Origin: Lama guanicoe
Taxonomy: Eukaryota
Direction of reading: 5' to 3'
NCBI GenBank assembly: GCA_013239625.1
Contig: MU054212.1
Coordinates: 8,393,084-8,457,083, forward strand
Length of the DNA: 64,000 nt
A program made the position numbers and the translations under genes. Numbering within the stretch: the stretch's first letter is position 1; each line of letters opens with the position of its first letter. The notes beneath the pieces were generated by a model. It saw only the letters and a list, made by a program, of their open reading frames with translations, was not told the DNA's origin and did no database searches. This document shows positions 1 to 12,542 of this stretch, piece after piece.

Positions 1-669
1 TATAATAAAACACTAGGCTCCCATACCTGCCTGCCCCTGGCCCTGAGGCTTAACGAGTTAGTTGCAGCCTGAGGTCCCCGTCCTTAGCCAGCTCCTCCTC
101 TTTACCTTCATGACTCTCATCCTCCACTCTGCCGTATGCTCTCCGTGGGTCACTGGTGTAGACTTGTGGTTTTGGGGTCCAGTGCTTCTTTGAGAAGCTT
201 CTGCACATATTACCAAAGATCTGTGTGCACACACACCCAGGAGAGTGACAGATGGCCCACCAGGGTGGAGGAGACAGTAGGGGTCCTCCAGAATGCCTGC
301 AGCAGCCCGCTCACTGCCTCCCTGCTTCTGCTCTGCGCCTGCAGTCTGTTTTCCACTCAGGAGCCAGAGGGGTCTGTTAAAGGGAAGTCAGCCCACATCA
401 CCCTGCTGCTCAGAACTGTCTGCATCTCCCCCCACCACAAAGGGTGAAAGCCAGGACCTCACTGTGCCCACCAGGGGCCAGCTCCCTCTGACTCATCTCC
501 TGTGCCCTCCTCCTCACTCAAATTGTTCCTTGGTGCCCCCTGAGCATGCCACATGCTCTTCTGCAGCAGGGCCTCTGCCAGGGACAGTGTCCACCCAGGT
601 GAATGCATCTCTCAAGTCTTAGTTCAAATGCCACCTTCTCAGTGGGTCCACTTGGGTTACCCTGTTTTT

Positions 670-1325
670 TTAATTAAACTTTTTATTGTGAGACAATTCA
701 GAATCACATGTAGTTACAGGAAATAACACAGAAATATCTCCTGTGCCCTTTACCCTGTTTACCCGCAATGGTGACATCTTGCTAACCTACAGCACAACAG
801 CACAACAGGACAACAGGACAACAGGATGCTGGTACTGATACAGTCAAGATACAGGGCATTTCCATCCCCACGAGGATCCTCATGCTGCCGTTTCATAGCC
901 ATGCACACTCCCCTCTGGCCCCCATTCCAGATACCCAGCAACCACTCATCTCTGTTCCATTTCTATAACTTTCTCATTTCAAGAATGTTCTGTACATGGA
1001 AGCATATAGTATGCAACCTTTTGGGATTGACTTTTTCACTCGGAATAATTCTCTGGAGGTTCCTCCAGGTTGTCGGGGGTATGAGTGGTTCATTCATTTT
1101 TGTTGCTGAGTAGTGTTCCACGGTGGGGAGGCACCAGTGTGTCTGATCATTCACCTGATGAAGAACAGCTGGGTTACTTCCAGTTTGGGGCTGTTACGAG
1201 TAGAGCTGCCATGGAAATTCATGTGTAGGTTTTTGTGTGGACACAAATTTTCGTTTCTCTAGGATAAATGCCTGAAAGTGCTAGGTTGCATGTTAATTGC
1301 ATGTTTAATTTTTAAGGAAACTCTG
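670..1325 (-). mobile_element. Old L1 (L1M) 3'-end fragment
   Basis: Typical antisense L1 3' UTR text (ttcattcatttttgttgctgagtagtgttcca...ttccagtttggggct...gtttttgtgtggacac). Confidence 0.75.
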
Positions 1326-2991
1326 GCCATTTTATTCTGATCTGCAGCCTCCCTCCACACACCCCAAAATATCCAACACCTTTTACCCCTGCTTTACTTT
1401 TATCTTTTCCACAGCAGTTCACCTTCTAATGTACTATATATTGGGCTTATTTATTTATGATGTGTGTTGTGTTTGACCTATCTGCCCTATCCCCCTCAAA
1501 GTCTTTCTGGGCCTGAGCCAGCATTAGGAACACCAATGTAGGCACGAGATCTGAAGTCAGGCCTTGGACCAGCAACCTCCTTCCGAGGAAAGCTTGCTGG
1601 GATCTTGAGGGCACACAAAGGCCAATGTGTCCACGAACTGCGTAATGTGGTTGTGATGATGAGACAGACTGTGCACAAACTCCCCCGCTGAAGTGGTCCA
1701 CTAGGTTTACAAGCCAGTCACATTGAGTGCAAATACCAAATTAGTGCTATCCCCAAAACAAAACTTAGTGTGCAAGAAAGTTATAACTCAGAAACTCTGT
1801 TGATCTATGACCTGGCCAAGCAGAGCTGCGGTCTGCACAGACCCTCAGCCCCGGCCCAGCAGTGCTTCTCGGCATCACCAGACCCAGGGAAGGGAGTCTT
1901 TGCAAATGAGCAGAAAGGATTCTAGTTAGAAACATTCAGAGAGCCCCAGAGGCAGGAGAATCAAGACAGGTCTGTATTTCATGCTGAAAAGTGAAAACCA
2001 AATAAACAAAGCTGCCTGTCATGGCAGCTGGCCAGCTCAGCTGTGTAAGTGAACAGCAAAAACATTCCTCTGCCCTGTGGAAGCCCCTGGAAAAAAGCCA
2101 GAAGCCTGTGTACTCAGCCTGACTGGGGGCTGTTGTTATTATCTTTACATAAATTCATTTATTTCGTAGTACACTGGTTTCTTTCATTTTGAACATTTGC
2201 TTGGTATTTGTACTGATTAGGTGAATGCTGGAAGAAATGATTAAAGAATACTGTAAAATGGCTCTTTGGCCTGACTCAAAGTGGAAATGTTTATAATGTT
2301 CTCATTAACACCAGATGATGTCAGCCTGACTATTGTGCTGCCTTTTCAAAAACACTCGGGGCTGAAAAAAACCTTCACAAACAATCCAAAATTAGTCAAG
2401 GCTCTGAAAGACTTTTTCTCCATAAATACCCTCCTGTGCGATTTGGCCCACGAGGATTAGGAGCACAGTGGCTCTGAGTGCTGGGAACTCACGTCTCGTC
2501 ATCCAGAGCGTCATCCAGAGAGGTGACTGTGGTGTCACTGTGTACAAATGCTGTCTGTGTCCCCTCCCAGCCTGGCTCTGCAGGATCTGACGTCTCTGTG
2601 CCTTGACTCCTTATTCCTATTCCCCACTTTTCTTCGTGACTCTTCTTTCTCCTTCGTTTTATCCTTACTTTTCTTCCCTCTTCTCCCCCTATCCTAGGCT
2701 AAGCCGACTCAACTAACCAACTAACCCAACTAGGCCTCCGCCCCAAAGCATCCGCATCCTTAATGGAGAACAGCATCATCCAGCAAAACATTACTGTTTA
2801 AAAGAGGCTTTCTCTCAACAAGTTTTCTTCCCCAAAGTGACTCTTTTCACTGTTACCAGAACCCTCTGAAGTACACTTGAATCTAAACCTTACATTGTCA
2901 CCTGGGCTTCCTGCTTACACAGATTCTCCCTCCAATTAGACTGTACTCTCCCTCTAAGGAGGAGCAGAACATCCTAAATCTGTGTGAGAGA

Positions 2992-3027
2992 GTGTGTGTG
3001 TGTGTGTCTGCGTGTGTGCACGCGCGC
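2992..3027. repeat. Imperfect (GT)n/(GC)n microsatellite
   Basis: gtgtgtgtgtgtgtgtctgcgtgtgtgcacgcgcg. Confidence 0.8.
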
Positions 3028-3422
3028 CCTCTATGGCGCTGAGGAGCTGTAACAGTCCAGGCCCTCAGCAGACTTGCTGAACTAATTCTAAGCTGTTCCT
3101 GACATTCCTGTCAGAGCAGCCCAAATATTTCATCACTCTAGCGGCCTCAACTCCCAGGCCCTACTGAAAAAAATTTTCAAGTCCTACAGCAAAGTTGTAC
3201 AGAGGTGTATTCTCTATGTGGGATTTGTACTGACACATAGGTATGCTATAAAAGCAAACACCTGCAAAATCTCTGTGGCTTAAAAGGACCAAGTTTTGTT
3301 TCATACTTATACTCCAGGTTTGCCATGGTCAGCTGGGGGCTCGGTCTTTTTCTGTGCCACTCATTCGTGAACGCAGGCTGACCATCTTCCTGGCTGGGAG
3401 CATTGCAGTTGTTGTTACACAG

Positions 3423-3910
3423 TATATTCGGTTCCTATTGCTGCTATACCCAATTACCACAAACCTACGTGGCTTAAAACAATGCAGATTTTATTGTCTT
3501 ACAGTTATGGCTGTCAAAGTCTGAAATGGGTCTCAGTGGGCTAAAATCAAGGTGTTGGCAGAACTGCTTTCCTTCCGGAGGCTCTAGGGGAGAATCTGTT
3601 TCCTTCCCTTTCCACCTTCTAGAGGCTGCCTGTGTTCCTTCCTCCACCTTTGGAGCCAGCAGTGGAGCTCGTCAGACCCCTCTCTGTGACCGCTGCTTCA
3701 CCGTCACATCTCCCACTCCGACTCTCCTGCCTACCTCTCATGAGGGCACCCTGTGATTACATTGGGCCCACGTGGAGAAGTCGGGATAATCTCCTTATTG
3801 CAAGATCCTTAATCACATTTGCAAGATCCTTGCTGCCCTGTGAGGTAACATATTCACAGGCTCCAAGATTAAGAGGACATCTTTGGAGGGCCATTACCAC
3901 CGTGTTTACA
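3423..3910. mobile_element. MaLR LTR (MLT1-type) nested in an older MLT1 LTR (about 3240-3422 and 3911-4060)
   Basis: MLT1 hallmarks (ttaccacaaac..gtggcttaaaacaa; ggctctaggggagaatc; tgaggtaacatattcacagg); ACACAG repeated at both ends (3417-3422, 3911-3916). Confidence 0.75.
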
Positions 3911-4399
3911 ACACAGAGGGAAGTGACAGTGTCCAAACACACACAAGCCTTAAATAAACTGCCCAGAAGCATTCACCCTTCACGTTTCATTGGTCAGTCA
4001 AGTCACATGGCCACAGCTAACTTTCATGAGGCAGGAAGTACAATCTCTTATGTATGCAGAATGAAGGAAATAGGAATAAAACACCCCAAATTCTCCTCAG
4101 GATTAGGATGAAGAAGAATGCAAAAGGCCTATACTGCCATGTAACAACAAGATAAATCTACATGAGTGAAGAATCATACTTTTCTATTTGCTGTTGTAGA
4201 TGCAAAGAATCCCTGATTAACTGAATTCCAGGTAGGAATGAGCCCTCATTGAGCCAAAATTCCCAGCTGAGGCAAATAGCCAATCCAGCATAGGTCTATA
4301 GAAGAGCAGGCCTGCCATAGAGGAAGACAATGTGGGCGGGAGGCAGCCAAGCTTTAACTGATTAAAGAAAAGGAAACAAACATAAACCCACAGACCCAG

Positions 4400-7300
4400 G
4401 ATGCTAAGCAAGTCACAAGCAGAATAAACATAGAGAAAGTCACACTGAGTCACTTTGTAGGCAAAATGCTGACGACAAAGTTAAAGAAAAAAAATCTTAA
4501 AAGGAGCCAGAGGAAAAAAGACATACACATACAAAATTAAAGCTGACATCTCATCAGACACAATGAAGGCTGGAAGACAATAGGTCAAGATCTTTCAAGT
4601 GCCGAAAAAAATGCCTATAACTTAGAATCTATAAACTACCAATATCTTATAAAAATTAAGGTAAAATAAAGACATTTTTGGATAAGCAAATGTTGAGAGT
4701 CATCTCTAGCAAATTCACACTAAAAGAAATGCTAAACAAGTTCCTTGAGGCTTGTAGAAAATGACATCAGCTTAAGTTAACAAGATAGAACACACGTTTC
4801 AAACATCAGGAATAAAAGGAGGTTATCACTAGTAACCCTGCAGACATAAAGGATTAATAAAGGTGAATAAAGGGTTTTAAAACAGTTTTATGCTAAAAAA
4901 TATAATAGATAAAAAGGACAAATTCCTTGAAAAACACAACTTACCAAAACTGACACACAAAGAAATAGAAAATCTGAAGATTCCCATGTTTATTTTAAAA
5001 ATTGAATGTGCAATTAAAACTTCAAAGATGGTTTCACTGGTAAATTCTATCAAACTTGCAGGGAAGAAATTATCCCAACTGTACACAAACTATTTCAGAG
5101 AGTAGAGAAGAAAATCATTTTTCAATTCTTAAAATTTTTGGCCAGCCCAACCCTAATACCAGAACCAGACAAAGACATTACAAGGAAAGAAAACCACAGA
5201 CCAATATCCCTCCTGAACATAGACACAAACATCCTTAACAAAATATTAGCAAATTTAACCTAGCATTTTTTAAAAAAAGGATAATACAACACGACCAAAA
5301 ACTGGAATTCTTTTTTTCCAGGAATGTTAAGGTTTTTTTTTTTAAATATTAATCAATGTAATTCATCACATTATCAGAAGAAAAGGGAAAAATCATGACC
5401 ATTTCAATTGATACAGGAAGAAATTCTACAAAATTCAACATTTACTCATAATAAAACTCTTCTTACCTTAACACAGTAGGAATAAGAGGAAACTTTCTCA
5501 GCATGATGGAGAGAATTTCAAAAAACCTATAGCTAACATCACCCGTGATGATATGTATTGGAAATTTCACCTTAAGATGGAGAGCAAGGCAAGTCTGTCC
5601 TCTCTCACCACTTCTATTTAACATTGTGCTGAACAGCACTATTCACTGGGGCAATAGGGAAAAAATATAGGCAAAACAAAAAACAAACAATAGGCACAAA
5701 GATTAGAAAGAAAGAATTAAAACTGTCTAGAACTAATAAGTGAATTTAGCAAGGTCTTGGAATACAAGGTCAATATACAAACAGGAATTGTATTTCTATA
5801 CACTAGCAGCACAAAATTTAAAAATTAAATTTAAAAAATGCCATTTGACAAAATGGGTCAGACTGAGAGGGATGTTGGAATCATATTTATGGGGTATTGA
5901 AATCACGTTTATGATGGTAGTAATGAATGATCTGAACATAAAATTAAGAAAGCAATTCCATTACAGTAGCATAAAATGGAATAATATATTTAGGAATAAA
6001 TTTAACCAAGGAAGCAGAAGACTTGCAGGCTGAAAACTACAAAACATTGTTGAAAAAATTAAGGAAGACCTAAATAAGTGGAAAGACATCTTATTTTCAT
6101 GTATTGGAAGACTTAATACTGTTAAGATGCCAATACGACCAAAAAGCAGCATATAGATTCAGTGCAATCCCAATGGCATTTTTTTTTTACAGAAATAGAA
6201 ATGCAACCTAAAATTCAGATAGAATTTAAAGGGATTCCAAATCACTAAAATAACCTTGAAAAGAACAAAGTTGTTAGACTCACACTGCTGATTTCAAAAC
6301 TTTATAAAAAGCTACTGTATCCAAAACAATGTTATACTGGCATGAAAACAGATATATAGACCACTGGAATGGAATAGAGAGCCCAGAAATAAACCCTTGC
6401 GTATATGGTCAGTTGATTTTCAACAAGGGCCAAGACCATTTAATGTGGAAAGGACAGGCTTTTTAACAATTAGTGATAGAAAAACTGTATGTTCATATGC
6501 AAAGGAATAAAGTTGGGCCTTTACCTTATACCATATTCAAAAATTAACTCAAAATGGATTAAAGACCTAAATGTAAGAGTTAAAACTATAAAACTCTTAG
6601 AAGAAAACATATAGGAAATGTTTCATGACATTGGATTTGGTGATAATTTCTTGGTTATCACACCAAAATCACAGGCAACAACAACAAAAACAGATAAATT
6701 GGACTTGATCAAAATTCTGTGCACCAAATAACACTATCAAGAGAGGCAAAAGGCCACCTACAGAATGGAAGAAAATATTTGCAAACCATATATCTGATAA
6801 GGGTCTAGCAACCAGAATATCTAAAGAAATTAAAACAACAAAAAGGCAAGAACCCAATTTAAAAATGAGCAAAGGACTTGAGCAAACATTTGCCAACAAA
6901 GATATACAAATGGCCAACAAGCACATGAAAAGATGCTCAACATCATTAATCATTAGAGCAATGCATATCAAAACCACAGTGGGGTATCACTTCACACCCA
7001 CTAGGGTGGCTATAAAATTTTTTAAAAAAGAACGAAACTAAACAAGTGTTGGAGAGGATATGGAAAAAGTGGAACCCTCATACACTGCTGATAGGAATAT
7101 AAATTTTGCAGTCACTGAGGGAAATAGTAATGGTACCTGAAAAAGTTAAAACATAGAATTTCCAAATGATTTCAGCAATTCTACTCCTAGATATATACCC
7201 AAAAGATTGAAAACTCTTCAGATGAAAACTTGTACATGAGTGTTCATCACAGCACTATTCACAATAGCCAAAAGATGAAACAACACAAATGTCCACCAAA
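4400..7300 (+). mobile_element. Old decayed LINE-1 (ORF1 end, ORF2, 3' region)
   Basis: L1 ORF2-like peptides (KFLEKHNLPKLT..EIENL; KEDLNKWKDI..SCIGRLNTVKM; HMKRCSTSLIIR), A-rich, many stops and indels. Confidence 0.9.
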
Positions 7301-10300
7301 CTTCACATAAGCTCCACAACCCATAGGGATTATTACCTTCATTTTCAGATGAGCACATTAAGATTCTGAGCATTCTTGTAACCTATCCTTTACCTGTTTA
7401 GTAAGAAAAAGTATGGAGCTCAAACCCCGATCCTCAGCCTCCAAATCCAGCACTTCTCACCTCATTGTCAGGCCTGTCCCCGAGACCATGGTAGAAACAG
7501 TATCAGTCTCTAACACTGCTTTGTCAGCATGGGGGTGAATCCACATGCAAACAACATGTGGCAGAATTTATGGTGGCGAAACCAATCAGAAAATTTGCCT
7601 GTCTCAGCATGATCTTGGACAGTGTATGGGAACCCTAAGGTTTTGTTTCATGAAAGTAAGCAGCATTAGGACCTCCAAGTATGAGCCAACCAGCCAGATT
7701 TTGGTTAAACTGGGATCCTTTGGTCACTGGTTACCAGTGGAGGGGAAGTGAGCAAACTGCCTGCAGAGGGGAATCTCATCAGGCCGTTGCTCAGGGTGTG
7801 GGCCATGCTCTGCGTTCAGATGTTGAGGTCACTCCATTGCTCTGAGGCTTTTTGATTGGCTGACTGTTTTGTGAGCCTTCTAATCCTTGATCCATTCATT
7901 TTGAAAAGCCAGAGCCATTGCTAACTAAATGAGACAAACTGTAGGGGGCACTTGACGGAGAACTGGGCACACAGGGCACTCAGTGGAAGTCATGCCAGCA
8001 GCTCCCTGTCCTCGCCCTTTTAGGCCAGGTTTTCTGTCCTGACTCACACACAGCTGAAGGGTATGTGCTGGACAGGGAGGAACACGAAACCAGGAAGAAG
8101 CTGGCAAAGGGTGCCAGGAGTGAGGTGTGAAGAAGCCCCAAACACAAGAGCTGAATAGATGGCGTTCAATTCAGCAGTGGGGCAGGACTGCATGACAGGG
8201 TTCCTGGTGTGTATTTCAGGGTTTCAGAGGCATTTTCCAGCCCATTTATTTTTCATTCAACAGAAAGTCTTCCATAACCTGATTCCATGATGGTGTCATA
8301 ATGTGTTATGTGCCACACATAGATAAATTAAGGCATTAATAGTAGGTTTGAGATACTTCTTCCAAGAACAAGAAAAGCTTCTCTCCAAATTTCCCCTTGA
8401 TAACATCTCTCCTCTTCTCAAATCCTCATTCCCCATAATACAACAGCACGAGAAATATATGGTGCATGAAATCAGAGTAACACGTATTCATAGCCTCTCA
8501 AATTACTCCAGAAAAGACTGGGCCAGGCTTCACATATGCACAACAGGATATGGAATCTGCTTGCTTGGGATGGATCGCACCTAGCTATTACTGGAAATTA
8601 CTGCTTTGTTATCACCGTTCCTACAAGGTAGAATGCGGTGGAGTCAGTGAGCATTCTGAGTCATTTCCAAAAATGCTTTTAAGGGAAGTTTGCAGATAAT
8701 ACTATTTCTTATGGGAGAAACAATTTTGGCAACAATTTCTTCTTTACAAGTCATACTGAGCAACGTATTACTTTTTGAGTCAGAAATAAGTCAAATGAGA
8801 ATTTTAAAAGTACATAGTAATAACAGTTCTTGTGGCATATATACAAGATATTTAAAATAGCAGTAAAGAAGGCAAAAGTGTGTGAGTTTTCACTTAGTAA
8901 CTAGTTGATACTTTATCATGGCTATAGTTTGAAGGTAGCATTTAAGATCCATGAGTAAGATTTTCTTCCATGATAAGGTGATCCAGCTGCTGCTGCTTTA
9001 TTGGGGGTTGTAGAATGACCTTTTTTAAAGCCTTTATTTAAAAAAAAAAAAACCAAACCTTTTCTTTTAGAACAGTTTTTGATTTCCAGAAAACTTGCAA
9101 AGATAGTGCACAGAGTTTGCACGGAGCTCCCTGAAGGATGGGCCAGAACCCCAGCACCCAGGCATGTGTAGGTGAGGTTATGAGGGAGGGGCCTGAGCCC
9201 CAGGCTCCGTTACAGAAGGAAAAAAGCAGAGAAACTTGATAAAGCAGGGGCCTGTTGCTCTGGGGAAGACTGTTTCCCCGGTGACCAGATTGCTTCCTAA
9301 AGGCAAGAAGTTGTGCCTGTGCCTGGTCCCACCAGGGGCCTGGCAAGCGGATGCCCAGCAAGGGCTTTGTCTGTGCTGCAAGGAAGCCCAGGGATCCCGT
9401 GGGGGCGGCGGTGGTTCAGGTGAGAGTAATTTACGAACACGGGTATTTCCTTAGCAGGCAGAGGCTATGTTTAAGATGTGAGCCCACTCGAGGGAACATC
9501 CTAAGAAACTAAGGTACAAGCATTACACAGATACAGCACAAACCGAGCTAGTAGGAGAAACGTGCCTGAGTTCGAATCTATGGGTTAGAAGGAACAGAGT
9601 GTGGGGACATCCTAGGCTAGACTGGAAAGGGTTCATTCAGCACAGCTCAGGGGCTGCAGGGCAAGGAGGCAGGAGCCAGCTGGGTGTGTAATGAAGCTGT
9701 CTGCACAGCGCACTGGACGTCAGCCCCACTGCCCTCCCACCTGCCTCCGTGCCTCAGCTTCTCCACTCTTCTCCCTTTGTTCCCATTGTGGGACTCTGCC
9801 TGGCATGCAGGCCAGAATCCTCTTGGGCTGTGGGTTTCTGCTTGTGCTCCAGTGTGGAAAGTCCCCAGGCTACTCCAGGATGTCCTCTGCAGTGCCCCAT
9901 CCTGTCCTCCTTATCACAGCTGCAGGCAGCCCGAGCCACATCCATCCTGCCTGAGTCACTGCCCCAAGCCATTGGCTGCGTTTCCACCAGCTTGGCCTAA
10001 GGACCAGCCTTGTCCATTCCATTTTGTTGCTTGTCCCTTTAGTCTTTAAAATTACTACAGGTTTATTTTTACTGCCTATATGGAATGGCTATTATTAGCC
10101 AAAAAATTTTTCCATACTTCAGTTATCCCCTTTCATTTTCAGCATCCTTCTCATCAAGATCTAGCCTGTCCCATCCCTGCTGGTCTCCACTCCTAAAATC
10201 ACAGCATTATCTGTATACTTTTTTTAACCAAGTTTTCCTTGACTGTTATAACACAATTTGATCAAAAGTCTAGGCTATGCTTTTAGGTTTGGTCCATGCA

Positions 10301-12124
10301 CTCCCCATCCACCCATCGGTGGGCTTCTGACTGTCTCCATCTTGCTCATTAATGTCTTCTCTCCTTGACCACCTTACTAACCTCCAATGGCAGGAGGCTT
10401 CTATCCCCAGATGACTGCATGAATGAATGAAAAGGGAACAAACACGATGGTGCCTAAGGTCTAAACCAAGTGATTTTGAATTTGTTGAATGGACTGGGAA
10501 ATTTGAGACCAGGTGGATCTTATTTCTCTTAAATAATTGGCAGACTCCTTGAATCATGTCATATTGAATTGCCAGTTTAAAATACCTCTAATATATAATT
10601 TGGGGTCAATTTTGTGATAATTACTAAATTCTAGATAAGCAACAAGGCATGCCAGTGGTTTCAGAAAATGTATGGAAGGAAAACTTAAAATTGAAAACAT
10701 TCTCTTTGTGGCCATTGATATTTTTACCCAGAAATGACAGTGAGACTGGCTAGTATCCCCACAGCATAACTTAAGTCAGGAGTATTTATTTTGAGCACAA
10801 CCCTCTCACTTTTAAGAGTTATTCTATAAGCATCAAATGCCCATTATGTATCAGGCAAGATGATTAGTAATTTCTAGTCATTTTCCCCTAAAAAAAGGAA
10901 ATATTCCCTAATTACTCACTTCTATATCTCCATGGTTCAGTCAGCAGATGTTGACCAAGCTCCACCATGTGCTGCACGCTCTTAGCGTCAGGCTCCATAC
11001 CCTTAAGAGACCCAGCCTGGTGCCAGGAGTCTGTGGACCATGGAGGGTGCTTGGGGAGGTATTAGGGGCAGGGAAGGGACAGAGAAGCTTTCTGGAGGAG
11101 GTAACTGCTGAGCTAAGTGCTGAGGGATAAGGGAACTCTCCAAGCAACAGGGGACAAGACTGAGCTTGTCACATTGTGGGAAATGAAACGTATTGGACAC
11201 AATTTATTTGAGAGGATACATTATGTCAGAAATTTAAGTGGGAATTAAGAAGCACTCTTCCATGTCCAGGAGGTAGCTCTGAGGTGAAGCCAGGGCGCCA
11301 AGTGTCCCTCCCTTGATCAGGATCTGCCCCTCAAGAAGTGGTGAGGCTTGGGGAGCGCGGACTCCAGAGGAGCCAGGGCACGTCCTCCCAGTCACCTTTC
11401 TCCTTCCCAGTAGCCTCATGATTAGCTCTGACCATGACTCCTATGCAGCCTTAGGCGAACTGCCCGACGTCCTTTAGCCTCAGTTTCCTTCATGGTGAAA
11501 ACTGGAGCATTGATGCTCCCTAATTGGGAGCTGTTTCCTTCGGTTCTTCTTTAAGGCCCTGTAGAATGCAAATCCAGCTAGACACCTAAATGAGTTCATG
11601 CTGGTCTCAGTGTCGTGGGTGTGGTAACAGGGAGTTTCTGCCCATGGTGAGGGGGTGTGTGGACAGAATGGGATTGGGCCCCTCCTTACAGAAGGGACCT
11701 GCACCTGGGGTGGGGCCGAGAAGAGACAGTGCCTGCCTGAGAGCTCTTCTGGCTCCGCCAGTCCCCATTTACTCTGATTTAAAAGATGAAACAGAACCTG
11801 TAGTTTCTGGAATGACCCTCGATCACAGAATCTTCAGAAATGGAGGGCACCTCACCACTTATCGCTCTCACCCTCCCACCCTGGATTATCAAGACAATTT
11901 CTGTTCTTTTCCATTAGATTCAATGACTCAGATGGGAACCAAACAATAGTTAAATAAATATCATATCTGGCAAAGCCATCAAGCATTTTCAGTCTAGCTG
12001 TTGGTTTTCACTCGGATATTTACGAAGCACGTAAGATGCAAGTGCCTTACTGCTAGGTGTGGTGATGCCAGTGATAGGCAGTTTAGATTAAATGTGTCCA
12101 CCTGGCCTTCTCCTTTAGAGAAAG

Positions 12125-12542
12125 TGTATTGGTCAGGGTTCTCCAGAGACAGAACCACTAGGATGTGTGTATACATACAGAGAGAGATTTATTTTAAGGA
12201 ATGGGCTCATGTGATTGTGGGGCTGGCGAGTCTGAACTCTGAAGGGTAGGCCAGCAGGCTGGAGAGCCCAGGAAGAGACGATGTTGCAACTCGAGTCCAA
12301 AGGCAGCCTGGAAGCAGAATTCTCTCTTCTAGGGACTTCAGGCTTTTTCTCTTAAGGCCTTCAACTGATTGGATGAGGCCCACTCATATTATGGAGGATA
12401 GTCTGATTTATTCACAATCCACTGGTTTAAATGTTAATCTCATCTTTAAAAAAATACCCTCACAGGGACACCTAAACTGCTGATTGACTAAATATCTGGG
12501 CACTGCGGCCTAGCCAAGCTGCACATAGAGTTAACCATCACA
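12125..12542. mobile_element. ERVL LTR (MLT2-type)
   Basis: Starts TGTATTGGTCAGGGTTCTCCAGAGA, ends TTAACCATCACA; typical MLT2 internal text. Confidence 0.85.
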
